A DNA stretch of 63,393 nucleotides, counting the filler, from Rhabdomonas costata (taxonomy: Eukaryota), in the NCBI GenBank assembly GCA_019059605.1. It is 50 parts of 50 records of this genome, joined end to end, with 100 filler letters (N's around TTAATTAATTAA, not from the genome) between each part and the next. Parts side by side here need not be neighbours in the genome. Positions count along the whole stretch, not along the records: positions 11,434 to 12,603 come from JAHMHO010025197.1; positions 12,704 to 13,872 come from JAHMHO010025198.1; positions 13,973 to 15,142 come from JAHMHO010025199.1; positions 15,243 to 16,412 come from JAHMHO010025200.1; positions 16,513 to 17,682 come from JAHMHO010025201.1; positions 17,783 to 18,953 come from JAHMHO010025202.1; positions 19,054 to 20,223 come from JAHMHO010025203.1; positions 20,324 to 21,493 come from JAHMHO010025204.1; 42 more parts are not named here. One strand, given 5' to 3'. The notes beneath the pieces are model-generated. The model had not been told where the DNA came from, searched no databases, and saw nothing but the letters and a program-made list of their open reading frames with translations. Made by a program: the position numbers and the translations under genes. Below, in pieces: positions 11,334 through 24,028 of the stretch (the first letter of the stretch is position 1; each line of letters starts with the position of its first letter).

Positions 11334-14084
11334 NNNNNNNNNNNNNNNNNNNNNNNNNNNNNNNNNNNNNNNNNNNNTTAATTAATTAANNNNNNNNNNN
11401 NNNNNNNNNNNNNNNNNNNNNNNNNNNNNNNNNGGTGTGGGGTTGGGTCGTAATCACCCCTAGTCAGAGCTATTTCGGAGGTTTCCCTGGCACTTCCGTC
11501 GCTGCAACACCCTCAGTGAGTGCTTACCCCCAAGCCGCTTCCACGGGCTGGCCCCGGGCCTCGTAAGGCCCAGGTCTGTGTTCGCGTGAGCCTTTGGGAA
11601 CTTTTTTGCTCAGTGAACAAGTGAGCAATGGCCGCAGTCTGGCCAGGTCTCACTGTAATCGGAGATGAGTACGTAACTTGGTCCATCGTCACAGAACAAG
11701 GTGGTCCGTCACTGGGGGTCCGTCTTCCGGGAATGTTTTTGCCACCAGCCGTCTTGTGATCTGTAACAACCTTTCCTTTCTCCATACGGCACATAATATT
11801 GGTCCAGGTGTCTCTCATTTTTGCTTTGATCGCTTTCGATCAAGAAGGGCTGAAGCCATGGCACAAGAACTCGATTTCTTCGTGCAGGCAGTGCTCGCAT
11901 GCAAATGAGAGAGAAATATTGCTGCAGTTGCCTCCTCGTTTAGAGGGCGTGTTGGGTGCCCGAAGGTCGTTGCAACACCTTCGAAACGACACATTTGAAA
12001 TGCGCTCATTTGCATCATTATAGCGAAATTGCCTAGAAGCCCTTACCCTTGCAAACCTCTGCTTTTGCTGGATGAAATTGCGTCGCAGTTATCGGCCACT
12101 TACCCCCTCACAAGTTGCACGTTGTGGTTTTGTAATCCACAGCTCTTGAAATCAAGTCGTGTTTTTTGTGTCAGGCACTAACACGCACATACGCTTAGAG
12201 TCAGCTGATCCTTTCGTTGGTCAAGGCTTGCTCGGCGAACTAGAGAGACTGCGCGGTCCCAGCTTAGCTCGGACTACGCGGCACTGTCAGCCTGGCCCAC
12301 CTTGGTGCTTTGTTTCTTCCCTCTTTTCTTCGGTTGCTTTTGCCCCTCCGCCTGGGCGCTGGGCGCCCCAGCCCGGCATCCCCTGTCTCTGGCGCACAGC
12401 TGCATTTCGGTCGCTGAAGTCCTGAAGTCCTTTTCATTTTTTCCTTTGAGTCGGGGTGATCTCTCCCATCTTTCTGCAAGTCCTCGCAGCCGTCCTTCTC
12501 TTCCTTTGTTCCGATAAGTTCGAAGACGTGATGGGGCCTCTGTTCGGTTCGACAGCGTGACCCCCCCCTTCCCGGTCCGGGGTTCAGCTGTTGAACCAAA
12601 CAANNNNNNNNNNNNNNNNNNNNNNNNNNNNNNNNNNNNNNNNNNNNTTAATTAATTAANNNNNNNNNNNNNNNNNNNNNNNNNNNNNNNNNNNNNNNNN
12701 NNNGGGTGGTGGTTGTTTAGTGGTAATTTAGTGGTAATTTAGTGTCTCCACCGAGTTCTCCCTCCCTCTATGCTCATCTGAAAACCAAAGAGTCCTATCT
12801 TGAGTGGCGGCAATCGAGAGACCTTGCGCAGGTTCAAACGTTGCGGAGCATAGCACCCGCAGCAGCACGGGAAGTACGGCGGAGAGCAGCAAGAGCACTG
12901 GTGGTTCCGGAAAGTGCTCCAGGAAGGCCTCCAGTGCCCAGCACAGGGATAGCTGAGTCTGTACCCCCCGTCCCACCACTCGGAACCTCGACCACGAACC
13001 TACCCACGCCAAAGTCATCGTGTTTCACAATTGAAACAACTTCTTCCAAAGCAATGCGCGGTGCCTGAAACTAGTGTGGCGTGCACAAAGGCGCGAACCC
13101 TGGAGAAGGTGGTCCACGTTCAGCCCACCCAAATAAAAAGGAGAACAGTGGTACTGCGAGCCAGCCTCCAGGACAGGAACCTGCGAGAAAGCTCCCGCCG
13201 TGTCGGTGAGCAGTAACTTTGTTGGCAGTTGGATGGGGAGGGCGAGGAGGTGCCCACTGTCTCGCACAATTCTTGTGAACTGCTCACACATATCTTGGCT
13301 CTACTGGCCTGAAACCACCCATGGAGTTTATAAATTAATAAGAAATGTAGGGTAGGTAAAGTAAATTAAGGGTAAGGTATAGTAAATGTAAACGGGGGGG
13401 ATGTCATGCAAACCCCCCATACCCCCCCCGAATCTTGATTGGGAAATCTCCAGTCAGGTGCAGTGTGAAACGGATGCAAACTGGGGGGGGGGAACTCACG
13501 CAACTCCCTCATAGGAATCAATCATGGAGGGACCCACCACCTCCTCCTCCATCACCATACACACAAAATTCCGTAACCATAACCACGAGAAACCTTAGAA
13601 CAGGTTCCTGGTTGCAGTGCCTCTTCACGGCCGGTGACTCGCGCAAGCCACTGCTGCGAGAGCTCTGGAGAGTGGGACTCCACCGCACAGTAAGCGAGCA
13701 TCACGCAGTGCCCAAGGCTGCCTAACTCCTGATCCGTTTGCAGCAGGAGAGGAGGGAAGGATGTTGTTATGCATGGGGTACCACAAAAAGGCGGCCAACA
13801 TGCAACATGCAACAGCAGCATAGAGGGTGGAGCAGGGTGCATGTTGGCCGCCTTTTTGTGGTACCCCAACACNNNNNNNNNNNNNNNNNNNNNNNNNNNN
13901 NNNNNNNNNNNNNNNNTTAATTAATTAANNNNNNNNNNNNNNNNNNNNNNNNNNNNNNNNNNNNNNNNNNNNGTGGTGGGTGTGGGTGGTTGTGGTTTGT
14001 TGATGGATTCCAGACGGACTAGTTGATATTTTCGCAGATGACCTCGGAGTTGCGGACAGTGTGGGTAAAAATGAAAAAGTCAAC

Positions 14085-14724
14085 CTCGTTTTCAGGAAAG
14101 GATATGGCCCCGCTAATGTCAGCAGTGTTAAAGAAGAACTGTGGCTTGTAGCCCTGGTAAAACGCTGAATGGCGGCCGCCTTCCTCCTTCCGCAGAACGT
14201 AGATTTGGCACTTGAACCGCTTGTAGGGCTCTGCCGTGCCCGCTGCGGCGATAACCTGACAGAGGAGCGAAAAATGCGGTGGCGGCGGCAGTGATGGCAA
14301 TGACTGGGATCCCGTTTCTTTCGCGATATTTTCCTTCTCTTTTCTTTCGCGCACAAACACGCAGAGTCATGCACTGTCCCAGTCACCCAAACCAAATTCC
14401 GTTTTCAAACAAAGGGGAGAGATGAAAGGGGTTTGTCGAGTCGGGGTTGGAGAACGAAAGTTTAAAACTCCTAAATGTCCCAGGAGAAGTGGGCAACAAA
14501 AATAACACGGTACCTAACATTTGAAGAAAAAAAGTTCGGTGAACTCTGCACACCATTCCACGCTGCACATTGTCCCTCTTGATGCCACGGAGGAGAAGAC
14601 CCACGTTGTCTCCAGCCTGAGCTTCGTCAAGGGACTTTTTGAACATCTCGATCCCCGTGCAGACAGTGTTCTGCGTGGGCTTAATTCCCACTATGTTCAG
14701 GTTATCTCCGACCTTCAACTTTCC
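14085..14724 (-). CDS. tufA: Nucleus-encoded organellar (probably mitochondrial) elongation factor Tu; two internal exons 14724-14554 and 14255-14085
   Basis: GKLKVGD...[35 protein letters not shown] joined to VIAAAG...[22 protein letters not shown]; 298-bp GT-AG intron 14256-14553 joins the exons in frame. Confidence 0.95.
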
Positions 14725-15666
14725 CTGCGCAAACGAAAAACAACAAGTGAACAAGTATTTGCTGCTTGGGTCCAGACTATAACCATTCTTGTGGAGTCCC
14801 TGCCCCAGAACTGCATCAAGCATGCTTGCTTCCCTGGAGAACTTCTTCAGCTACCTCCCGCTTCGAAAAGGCATCGGCACACAAGGACCGCCTCTCCACC
14901 AAGCTCTGCGCAGAGGTGGGCTGGTCCTTCCACGTCTTCACCGCGCCCCGCGGATACTTACGGGGCACTTCACGCCGACAGGCGCAAGCGCAAGCGGTTA
15001 AGGCCAACCCGTTCGCGGACATCTCTGTCCACCACGGCAGTGGGGTGGGCGGCCCGTCAGCGAAGGGGCTTCAGTTGCAGGTGCTTGACAACATCGCCCC
15101 AGTCGCACTTCTCGACGAGGAGGTCGAGGACCACACCAACAANNNNNNNNNNNNNNNNNNNNNNNNNNNNNNNNNNNNNNNNNNNNTTAATTAATTAANN
15201 NNNNNNNNNNNNNNNNNNNNNNNNNNNNNNNNNNNNNNNNNNTTTGTTGGGTTGGAAACTATGATGATAGGAGTCCCGGTCCGGCCCTTTTTGGGGCGGG
15301 AGAAGGGTGTAGCGAGATAAACAAACAGGCTCCCACTGAGCGGATGTCTTAATTTAAGCACACTAAACCGCATGAGGATGAAGAAAAGATGGCACTCGCA
15401 CTCACAATCTTACGCTGAAGGTGCTCGCAGCAGGAGACTCAGGAAATCGGGATACTGGGATGTTGTGGTCCTGTGGTGGCTGCGGATGCTTCGCTTTGCA
15501 TTGCATATTCTACAGACCATGAACGCGTGCAGACGGCCGCATGACATGCTGGAACTGTATTCCGACAGAACTTGGTCTGAGAAAAACGAACAGCGTGGGA
15601 GAAAAAGGTACGAGCAGAGCTGGGGTACGGGGGAGGGAAGGTGAGGTCTGCCTCGGCCGGGCTGAC

Positions 15667-16305
15667 TTCTGTGGGGACATTGGTGGTGCGGGCGGAGCCG
15701 CTGCCTAGGCACCCCGTGACCCCACTGCCGCAGGCGAACAGCCTGCCCTGCTCCGTCAGGAAGGCCGTGGTGTGCTCCCCGCAGGCCACCTTCACCACCC
15801 TTTGCTGGAACAGAGAGGGCACGAGCCGGGGCCTGCAACCCACACCCACACCCATGGCATTGCCTCCTCCCTCTTCCTCCTCCAGAACTCGACTCGATGC
15901 AAACATCTGAGCGTATGTTTATGTGCGTACAGATGGAATAGAACAGCATCTTCCGAACTGTTGTTGAAAACCCAGCACCCAGCTTTCTGAGCCGCAAATG
16001 ATTCATGGGTAAGGGAACGAAGGTCCTTCTGGGCACCGTGGTAGTATCCCCAAACAATTCCAGTGACGATCGAAGACACTCGTGCAGAATGATCAATCAC
16101 ATTCTTGCCAGAAATGGTGAAATGGGAGCACATCCTTCCCACCCCACCCATTCCAGCCGTTCACGTAATCAGGTGGATACGTGGCTTGGAGATAGTTGTC
16201 CTTCAGGCCGAGCTGGCCTTCCACCCCACGGCCGCAGGTGTACGCCATACCCTTCTCGCTCAGAAGCACCGTGTGGAAGGCCCCACAGCAAACCCCAACC
16301 CTCCT
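15667..16305 (-). CDS. RCC1-repeat protein, two exons (approx. 16305-16148 and 15906-15667)
   Basis: VCCGAFHTVLLSEKGMAYTCGRGVEGQLG and VVKVACGEHTTAFLTEQGRLFACGSGVTGCLG; exact splice points uncertain. Confidence 0.8.
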
Positions 16306-17809
16306 TTTTATTTGTTGCGGATGCGGGTGGGACAAGGCAAACTCAACTTTTCAAGTTGAAGTGGAGCTGAAGATGTCCTAATCAATCACAGTAGAGCGAC
16401 AAAAACAAAACANNNNNNNNNNNNNNNNNNNNNNNNNNNNNNNNNNNNNNNNNNNNTTAATTAATTAANNNNNNNNNNNNNNNNNNNNNNNNNNNNNNNN
16501 NNNNNNNNNNNNGGGGGTTGGGTCACGGGTCGAAAGGTCTGTGCCTCAATCTCCTGGGGTAGTGGTGCGTTTCTGGCCTTTCCGTCTCCGCGAATGTCTT
16601 TTGTGTTGCATAGGCGGAGAGCAACTCCTCAACGGTGACCTTCCGTGGGAGGATACATCTCAGGCACGTGGGGGTGGGAGTCGGCGGGACTCGATTGTGC
16701 TCGTGTGGGGCAGCACCTTGTGCTGACGTTTTGCTTTCCTATCTTTTTTCCTATCTTCTCAACAACGCAAGCGAGAAAACAAAGCAAGAAAAGGCTTGAT
16801 CTGCACAACAAATCGTGCGCAGACACGGATTTCGTTTTGAAAAAACCGTTCCCACAACCCACAACCGTTCCCGGCACCCAGGCAAAAATCATAGCCCTCT
16901 GATTGCAGACCTCACTGTACGGTATGCGCTGACGTCTTCCGTCTTCAGCCGTCGCCACCAAGCCGTTACGCTTTGTGTCGTGTCTGGATGTGTGGGGGAA
17001 GAATCTTCCTGATGATCTCCGCTCAAGCGCGGAAGTGGATTTTGCAAGGTTGGGGCTGGGCAGTGCGAGCAAGATATGCCAGGTGAGCACGGGGTAATGC
17101 ATAGTTTTCTCGGAAAATTTCCGCTTTTCCGGAGGACAAAGATTGAGCGAATGTTCATCGCAGTCGAAGGGTGTGAAGATACAAACACTGTGGGAAATAC
17201 CCGAGATGCTGCGGAAGTGGGCAAAGCGTCACTTTGTGCGAAGCCCGCACTTGTTGTCAATGTGGGTGACACCGTAAAATAAGAACCCTTGTTTTCAGGT
17301 CTCGCCATGCCAGAGCGAATGGGAAAACGCCTTTTGCACGTGCCTATCCATTCTGGAGGGGTCACAGAGACTTCGGTTAAAAACTCGTAACATACAACAT
17401 TGACTTTCGGGATGTATTTTACCTTGCATAGTGCATGTTTGTTTCTCTAAAGGAGCTCCACAATGCGTTTCGGGGGTCTGTGCTGGTGCGGACTGGAACT
17501 GCAACCGCCTTTCACTGTCCGTGGTGGACCATAGAAACAGAGAAGTAGGGTTATCTGCTCGTTCGTTTCCACAAAGCATGCATTTCCACAATTGTCCAGC
17601 GTCCAAAGCGCCCCAAAGCACAGCGACATTGCGGCAGAAAACAAGAGACGCGCAAAAAAAGAAAGGGGGGCATCGCAGCAAGNNNNNNNNNNNNNNNNNN
17701 NNNNNNNNNNNNNNNNNNNNNNNNNNTTAATTAATTAANNNNNNNNNNNNNNNNNNNNNNNNNNNNNNNNNNNNNNNNNNNNGGTGGTGGGTGAGAAGAG
17801 GGAACCCAC

Positions 17810-18876
17810 CTCCACCACAACCACGGAGGACGTCCCAAAGGTCGAGCTGCGGCGCCGGGCCTCGGCCTCCCTTAGCTGCCCCTCCAGCTCGTCCGCCCGC
17901 TTCCGCAGCGCGGTAGCCTTCGCGACACTCTCCGCGACAGCCCCCTGCAGGTCCTCCACTTGCCCTGAGAAGTGAGAAAGACATAAAAAAGAAACGGACT
18001 CATGTGGGTCTGTGTCTGAAACCTGTGACCACTGTGCCTGTGTCCGCTGGTGTACACGTGTACGTGAAATAATCGACCTTAAACTGAAGGGTTCACCTCC
18101 GCTGTGGCCGGTCCACCGCCACAATATTGGGCGTGGGTAGGGAGGTGAGACAAACCCTGAAGCAGTTCGCATTGTGTGGCCAGCTCGGCGTTCTCGCCTC
18201 GGAGGGTGTGGACCTGGGTCTCCGCCATTGTGGAGGCGAGCCGGGCCTCCTCCGCCTCCGACACGGCGCGGGCCAGCGCAGTCTTCGCGGAGCTCACCTC
18301 CGACTCGGCCTGCCTAACCCCAAAAAATAACATGATAGAAATATTAAGTTGGGTGGGGGTGTACTGGGTTTACCAGGTGCGGCCACCAGGGTGCGCTGCG
18401 AGACCACTAAAAACGGACTACGAAGATAGGCCTAAACTGGGGACACTGTGTGGGGATCTAATGATACGCATCGCCCCTTGTCTGTCCAGGCTCGGACGGA
18501 AGCTCCAGCCGGAAACTTCGTGCAAACTTTTGGGTAAACTTTTTGAGCGTGCGCTTCACGCCCATGGACGGTGTTTGCTGAAGACGCCTTGAAGACCCCT
18601 TCCTTTTTTGTTGTGCGCACGCTTTTTGAGTGCAAGCTCGGAAGCAACCACCACTTTAAAAAGGAACAGATAAGAGAGAGATACTGGCAAGAGTGTGTGT
18701 GGCCGTGCGGGGAATTGCGCCAACCTCAGCTGCGACTTCGCTGTGGAAAGGGCTGCCTCCCTGTGCTGCAGCTCTTGCTCCCGAGCCCGAAGCAGCTCCG
18801 CCATCGCGCACAGCTCCGCCTCTCCGCGCCTCTGCTCCTCCCCAAGGGCCACTAGCTGCTCGTTGTACCGCCGAAC
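17810..18876 (-). CDS. Coiled-coil protein, three exons (18876-18725, 18313-18156, 17964-17810)
   Basis: GC-rich A/E/L/Q/R heptad frames; GT-AG boundaries join in matching phases. Confidence 0.75.
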
Positions 18877-18895
18877 CTGTGGGAGAGGGACGGAT

Positions 18896-18936
<41 letters not shown>

Positions 18937-21737
18937 TTGCTTTCCACACATGCNNNNNNNNNNNNNNNNNNNNNNNNNNNNNNNNNNNNNNNNNNNNTTA
19001 ATTAATTAANNNNNNNNNNNNNNNNNNNNNNNNNNNNNNNNNNNNNNNNNNNNGCAAATGTGCTATGATGAAGCCTCAGGGACAAAGGAAACGCGGAGGA
19101 AGAGGAAGACACAAGGTGGGAGAGATACAAACCTGTTCCTCATTTTGGATCCGGTCCCGGGCGAGGAACTCAGGCTGCACACAGGGAGGAATGAAAGACG
19201 CATGCGGTTTCTGAATGGGAACAGGACATACTCTCACAGCAAGCATTGCTTCATAGTATGCGCAGCTTGCCCTTTCCAAAGGGAAAGCTAGGCGTGCACC
19301 TAGCCATATGTCGAGCTCCAACATTCCCCAAGCTCCAAATCTCCCCACCATAACAGTGAGAAGGTAGTCAGCCACATGGCACAAATAAGATTGACACACA
19401 TTGACACACAAGGCACCTATAAGATTCATTTGGGATGGGAGAGTCAATGAGTTCCTCGCACAACGCTCGACCTTAGGCGCACGAAAAGTTCTAACAAAGG
19501 CTGGGCTTGCCCTTCCACCCGTTCAGACATCACCCGAACGCAGTCCATGGCGATGTTGGGCGTCGAGTTTTGCAAGGTAGGTGACATGGTTGTTCTGCGG
19601 TCGTAATTCCCAGGAGCTATACAAAAGGACAAACGGGGCGTGCAAGGAACGAACGGGGACGTGCATTATGGGACGCACCCTCCGGTGCCTTTCCCATGCT
19701 CCAACTTCTGTTCTGAACAGATCTGAACAGATCTGAAGTTTTTCTCTGTCCCAAATCCAAAAACCACCATCTTGCGGAGGGACCCGAATCCGTCGTCCCC
19801 CATCACCCGCCTCCGCCATTAGCCCGTTTCGGTTTCGGTGAAATTGGGCGGGTTTTCTGACAGCAGGGCAATTAAACATAAAAAACCTCCGTCGAACGGT
19901 TAATTTGCGCCCTAACGCGGAAGCACTCAGGTCCGAGGAGCCGCTGTGGAAAAAGCTGAAACTGAACCACCAGGGGTATTCACTGCAGCCACGGGCTTAC
20001 ATTCCATCTTCGAACTTGGAGGTAACCAACCGTTCAATCTACCGCAGTCTGTTTTTATGATTTCATTCCAACGTCAGTTATCGACCACAAAAAAGTGAAA
20101 GTGAGGACAATATCAAATATAAAGAGCAGCCGTCGACCCAAAACTTGAGAAAGACAGGAAATGAGCAAAGCAAGGCACACCTGTGTACGACAGGTCCTCT
20201 GATAGTGGGGAATACCACAACACNNNNNNNNNNNNNNNNNNNNNNNNNNNNNNNNNNNNNNNNNNNNTTAATTAATTAANNNNNNNNNNNNNNNNNNNNN
20301 NNNNNNNNNNNNNNNNNNNNNNNGTGGTTTTTGTCGCTCCAGCGTCTCCAGTGGGTATAGTGAGGGTCGGAAAAAGAGAAGCGAACATTGGAAAATGCGG
20401 TAAATGGTTTCCTTCAATTGTCATATGATTACAAAACCCCTCCCCCTCCGACCAGAGCCAGAGAACCACACCCGCGAACTTCAAATGTGCAAAGGCAACG
20501 CGATGATACAGATCACACAATTGTGGTATTACAAAATGCAGCGCAGCGGTGTCAAAAAACAAGGTGAATATCGAAGCAAAGGAGCACACACACGAACGGC
20601 TGTGCTTTTGGGATGGGTGTTGGGGGGGCGCCGAGCACAACAACGTAAAGCACAGCACATCAGATGAAAGAAGCAACGGGCATATGGAAGAGGGAAGCAT
20701 GTTGGGCATGTGCTTAACGGCAAACACCTAAAGAAAATATGACAATCGAGGCGAATGCCAGGGGCACCATGCCACTATGCCAGGGGCAGAACAATGGGGC
20801 TGCCGTGTCCACCGATAGTTAGTCGTCATTTTCTCGAAGGAAAATGAAGGCATATGCAACGGAGATCACGGAAAATATGAAAATATTGTTGTCGTTTCCA
20901 AGAGTTCATTTCCTCGCAATGAGGGGGAGGTGTACCGCATGTACCACTTGTGGACGTGTAAAATAGAGTACACATTTGTCTTGCACAGGTGAGAGCCAAC
21001 GAACGAGAGAGGCTCACTGCCAGAGCCCTCATTCCAGAAGAAAGAAGAACATTCCAGAAGAAAGAAGAAGAACAGAACTCAGGAATTCCCTTGTGCAGCC
21101 TCAACTAACCAACTCTTCTGAGTACTCGCTTTCAAGTGAATCAGGCAGATCCTTTAAGAAACTCTTCAACGCCCCTGTTATTTCACTCAGTTCCCCTTTG
21201 CCTTCGTTTTCTTCCTATAGTTCCAATGCACCCTCTGGGTGCAATCCCACTTTCCTCAGAATCAAAGGTTTTGACATCTTGAGCCGGCAACCAAATCAGA
21301 TTGGGGTAGGGCTGACCCTACTTTATTCCACGAAGTTTCATCTCTGTTCCAGGCCCAAACAGGATATTTATCTCTGACTCATTTTAATCTACGCACACAG
21401 CTCTGCAGCTCTCGAAATGCTGGGAATTGGCAGCTGCACAGAAAGCAGAAAGGCTTGGGCCCATAATTCCACGCAAACATCGGACAAACAAAANNNNNNN
21501 NNNNNNNNNNNNNNNNNNNNNNNNNNNNNNNNNNNNNTTAATTAATTAANNNNNNNNNNNNNNNNNNNNNNNNNNNNNNNNNNNNNNNNNNNNGGGTTTT
21601 GGTGCAATTTTACAGCCTTTGGGATCGAATTGTCCCGCGCGTTCCAGTTATGGTGCCGGAGTATTGAGGGCGTCATTGTCTTGCTTCACGGACAGGAGGT
21701 CTCCCCTTGTGAGATGTGGATGCTGTCTTTGTTGCAG

Positions 21738-21878
21738 GAATCAATCAAACTGAAGCTCAAGTCCGGAGCACGAGCCTGCATCCTGATGGTGCCAACAAGT
21801 ACGACGTTTGAGCAGCTTCTGGTTGCCATCAGGGCTGCCGGCTACGGGGCCTTTGCCGAACTCACCTTTGAGGATCAG
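21738..21878 (+). CDS. PB1-domain-like exon
   Basis: ESIKLKLKSGARACILMVPTSTTFEQLLVAI...LTFEDQ fits the PB1 pattern (vKl...sf.eL..I...l.Y/F.D); CAG acceptor and GTGCAT donor. Confidence 0.5.
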
Positions 21879-22863
21879 GTGCATGTGTGCGGGTGCAGTA
21901 ACCTTTCATCTGAGCTCTGGAGCTGGGCTGTTGTCAATGAAGACAATTTCAAAACGAAGAAAGGAAACATTCCTCTGCTAGCTGTGTTTTTTTGTTGGTC
22001 TCCCACTTTCTAGCCTCTTTCCTGATCCTTCGAGTTTCATGCTATAACTTCCAAAGGATGGGGATGAGGTGATGGTTTGGAGCACGATACAGCTGGAGGT
22101 GGCCTTCGCGTACTACCACAGCCATCTTGCGAAGGAAGGAAGGGCCCTTCGGCTGTCGCTCCAAGGCGAGAGGTGTCTGTGGTGCTTTTCGTGGCCACAT
22201 TCGGAGGGGGGAGGGCGCGATTTTTTGCGGCCGGGCGGATACGCCTTTCCAGATGGACATTGTGTCCCACTCAGATCCTGATTATCTTGAGTGAGCCGAA
22301 TCATTGTTTGTACCAGTCAACATAACTGGAGTAAAGCAGGTCTCTGCAGTGCCTTTGCGTACCTACCACCGGAGGATATCAACCCAAAATATGAATCCGC
22401 CCGAATCCCCTCCCCTACCTAATGAACACTTCCCGCAAGGATGTGTTTGGGCGCTTTCGTTGTGACTTCAAGCCTTAAAATTGGAATGCATTTGTTTCCA
22501 ACCCTTCTGCCTTATTGCGACATTAAAATAAAAACCAAGGCAGTGCCATGTCTACGGGAAATCAATTGTCGATTCGGAGTGATCGGAGATCTCTACCAAT
22601 ACAAGGTAAACCAAGATACCTACGCCGTTTTCTTTCTCAGCGCCCAACCCGAGGTCTCCTTTCCACGGGACTTCACCCCCCAAGGGCTGCTGCGCGAGGC
22701 ACTCGCGGGCAACGCCCCAGCCCAAGTCACCGTGGCGGTGCTGCGGCGCATGGACCACCCACANNNNNNNNNNNNNNNNNNNNNNNNNNNNNNNNNNNNN
22801 NNNNNNNTTAATTAATTAANNNNNNNNNNNNNNNNNNNNNNNNNNNNNNNNNNNNNNNNNNNN

Positions 22864-24028
22864 ACAATGCGCAGCCCCGGCGAGAAGTGCTGCTACGAAG
22901 CGTTGAGGAGCCTTTCCCTTGCCAGGCTTTCGTGTGGTGGGTGTGGGAAAAGGAGTTCCCCACGGGGAAGGAGCATATCGTTGACTAAACGCCTCACACC
23001 CAACAGCTCTCTTTGGATTCCTTTCCACACATTCTCGTCCTCGTCCGAAAAACGTCCATAAGAACAGCAACACAAAGGTTCATAGAAAACCAGCCGCAGG
23101 CCCGTGTGAAGGCAGCATTCTGGCTTTCTTTACCGAGCACAATACAGGAAACACAGCAAAGGCAATCTCGAAGTAAGGCACTAGACTGTGCGTGAGAACG
23201 GGGGGGGGGGCTTGCAGATGCCAAACGCACCCCAACAGAAACAACCAAAGATAAAACAGCAGCACCTACAAACTATTCACACCACAGAAACCACCGCCAC
23301 CGCTACCGCGACCCCCAAACCCCACGTAGCGCTTGACTTAGGGCAACAAAACCCATTCTAGGACTTCGCTTCTTCTTCCACGTTCGGTGAGAAGCCTCGC
23401 ACAGTCCCGCGCTGCTCTACGCTGTGCGCGGGTACTGCGGGGCGCGGGGCACGTAGTACCCCCCACCGGCTTGCGCCGCCTGCTGGTGCCGCTTCAGCTG
23501 CACAATATGGCTGGAGGGCCGCGGGGGTTGGTCCGCGACGTAGTCCCCATCCAGGCAGCCCTCGCACGCAAAACCTCCCAAAGCGCAGCCCATTGTGAGG
23601 AAAAAGGTTTCGGGGAAAGCGGACAAGTAGGCTGACGGAGGAAAGCGGTGACCCCAGGCCAAATAAGCGGTGGTTGCCATGACGTAGTACCTTGAAATGG
23701 TAAGGGACACGGGGAGACTTCGGTTGAGAATTCAGTTCGATCTGATGGCGAAAGGGGATTTCACACTCAGTCAGTCCCTGCTTCACCCTAACACGCAGTG
23801 AAACATCCGGACGGTGCTTCAGGGACCGTAAGTCAGCAACTCTCAAAAGCAGCCCACCAGGCCACAATGCAACGCCAGCTTTGCATTCACCTCACTCATA
23901 CACAATGCGCAGCCCCGGCGAGAAGTGCTGCTACGAAGCGTTGACGAGCCTTTCCCTTGCCAGGCTTTCGTGTGGTGGGCGTGGGAAAAGGAGTTCCCCA
24001 CGGGGAAGGAGCATATCGTTGACTAAAC
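22864..24028. repeat. Contig with 127-bp terminal direct repeat (22864-22990 and 23902-24028, 2 mismatches); 1038-bp circular or tandem unit
   Basis: Direct comparison of the two contig ends. Confidence 0.92.
23417..23691 (-). CDS. Probable terminal exon of an unknown protein
   Basis: Pyrimidine-rich AAG acceptor, then YYVMATTAYLAWGHRFPPSAYL...RAPQYPRTA-stop. Confidence 0.45.

Noticed and set aside
13390-13410. GGGGGGGA-TGTCA resembling a polypurine tract followed by an LTR start
   Set aside because: No recognisable pol sequence upstream and no second LTR in the contig
21110-21214. Minus-strand exon-like frame with ITGALKSFLKDLPDSL resembling RhoGAP
   Set aside because: Too short to call, and no other RhoGAP motif in the contig
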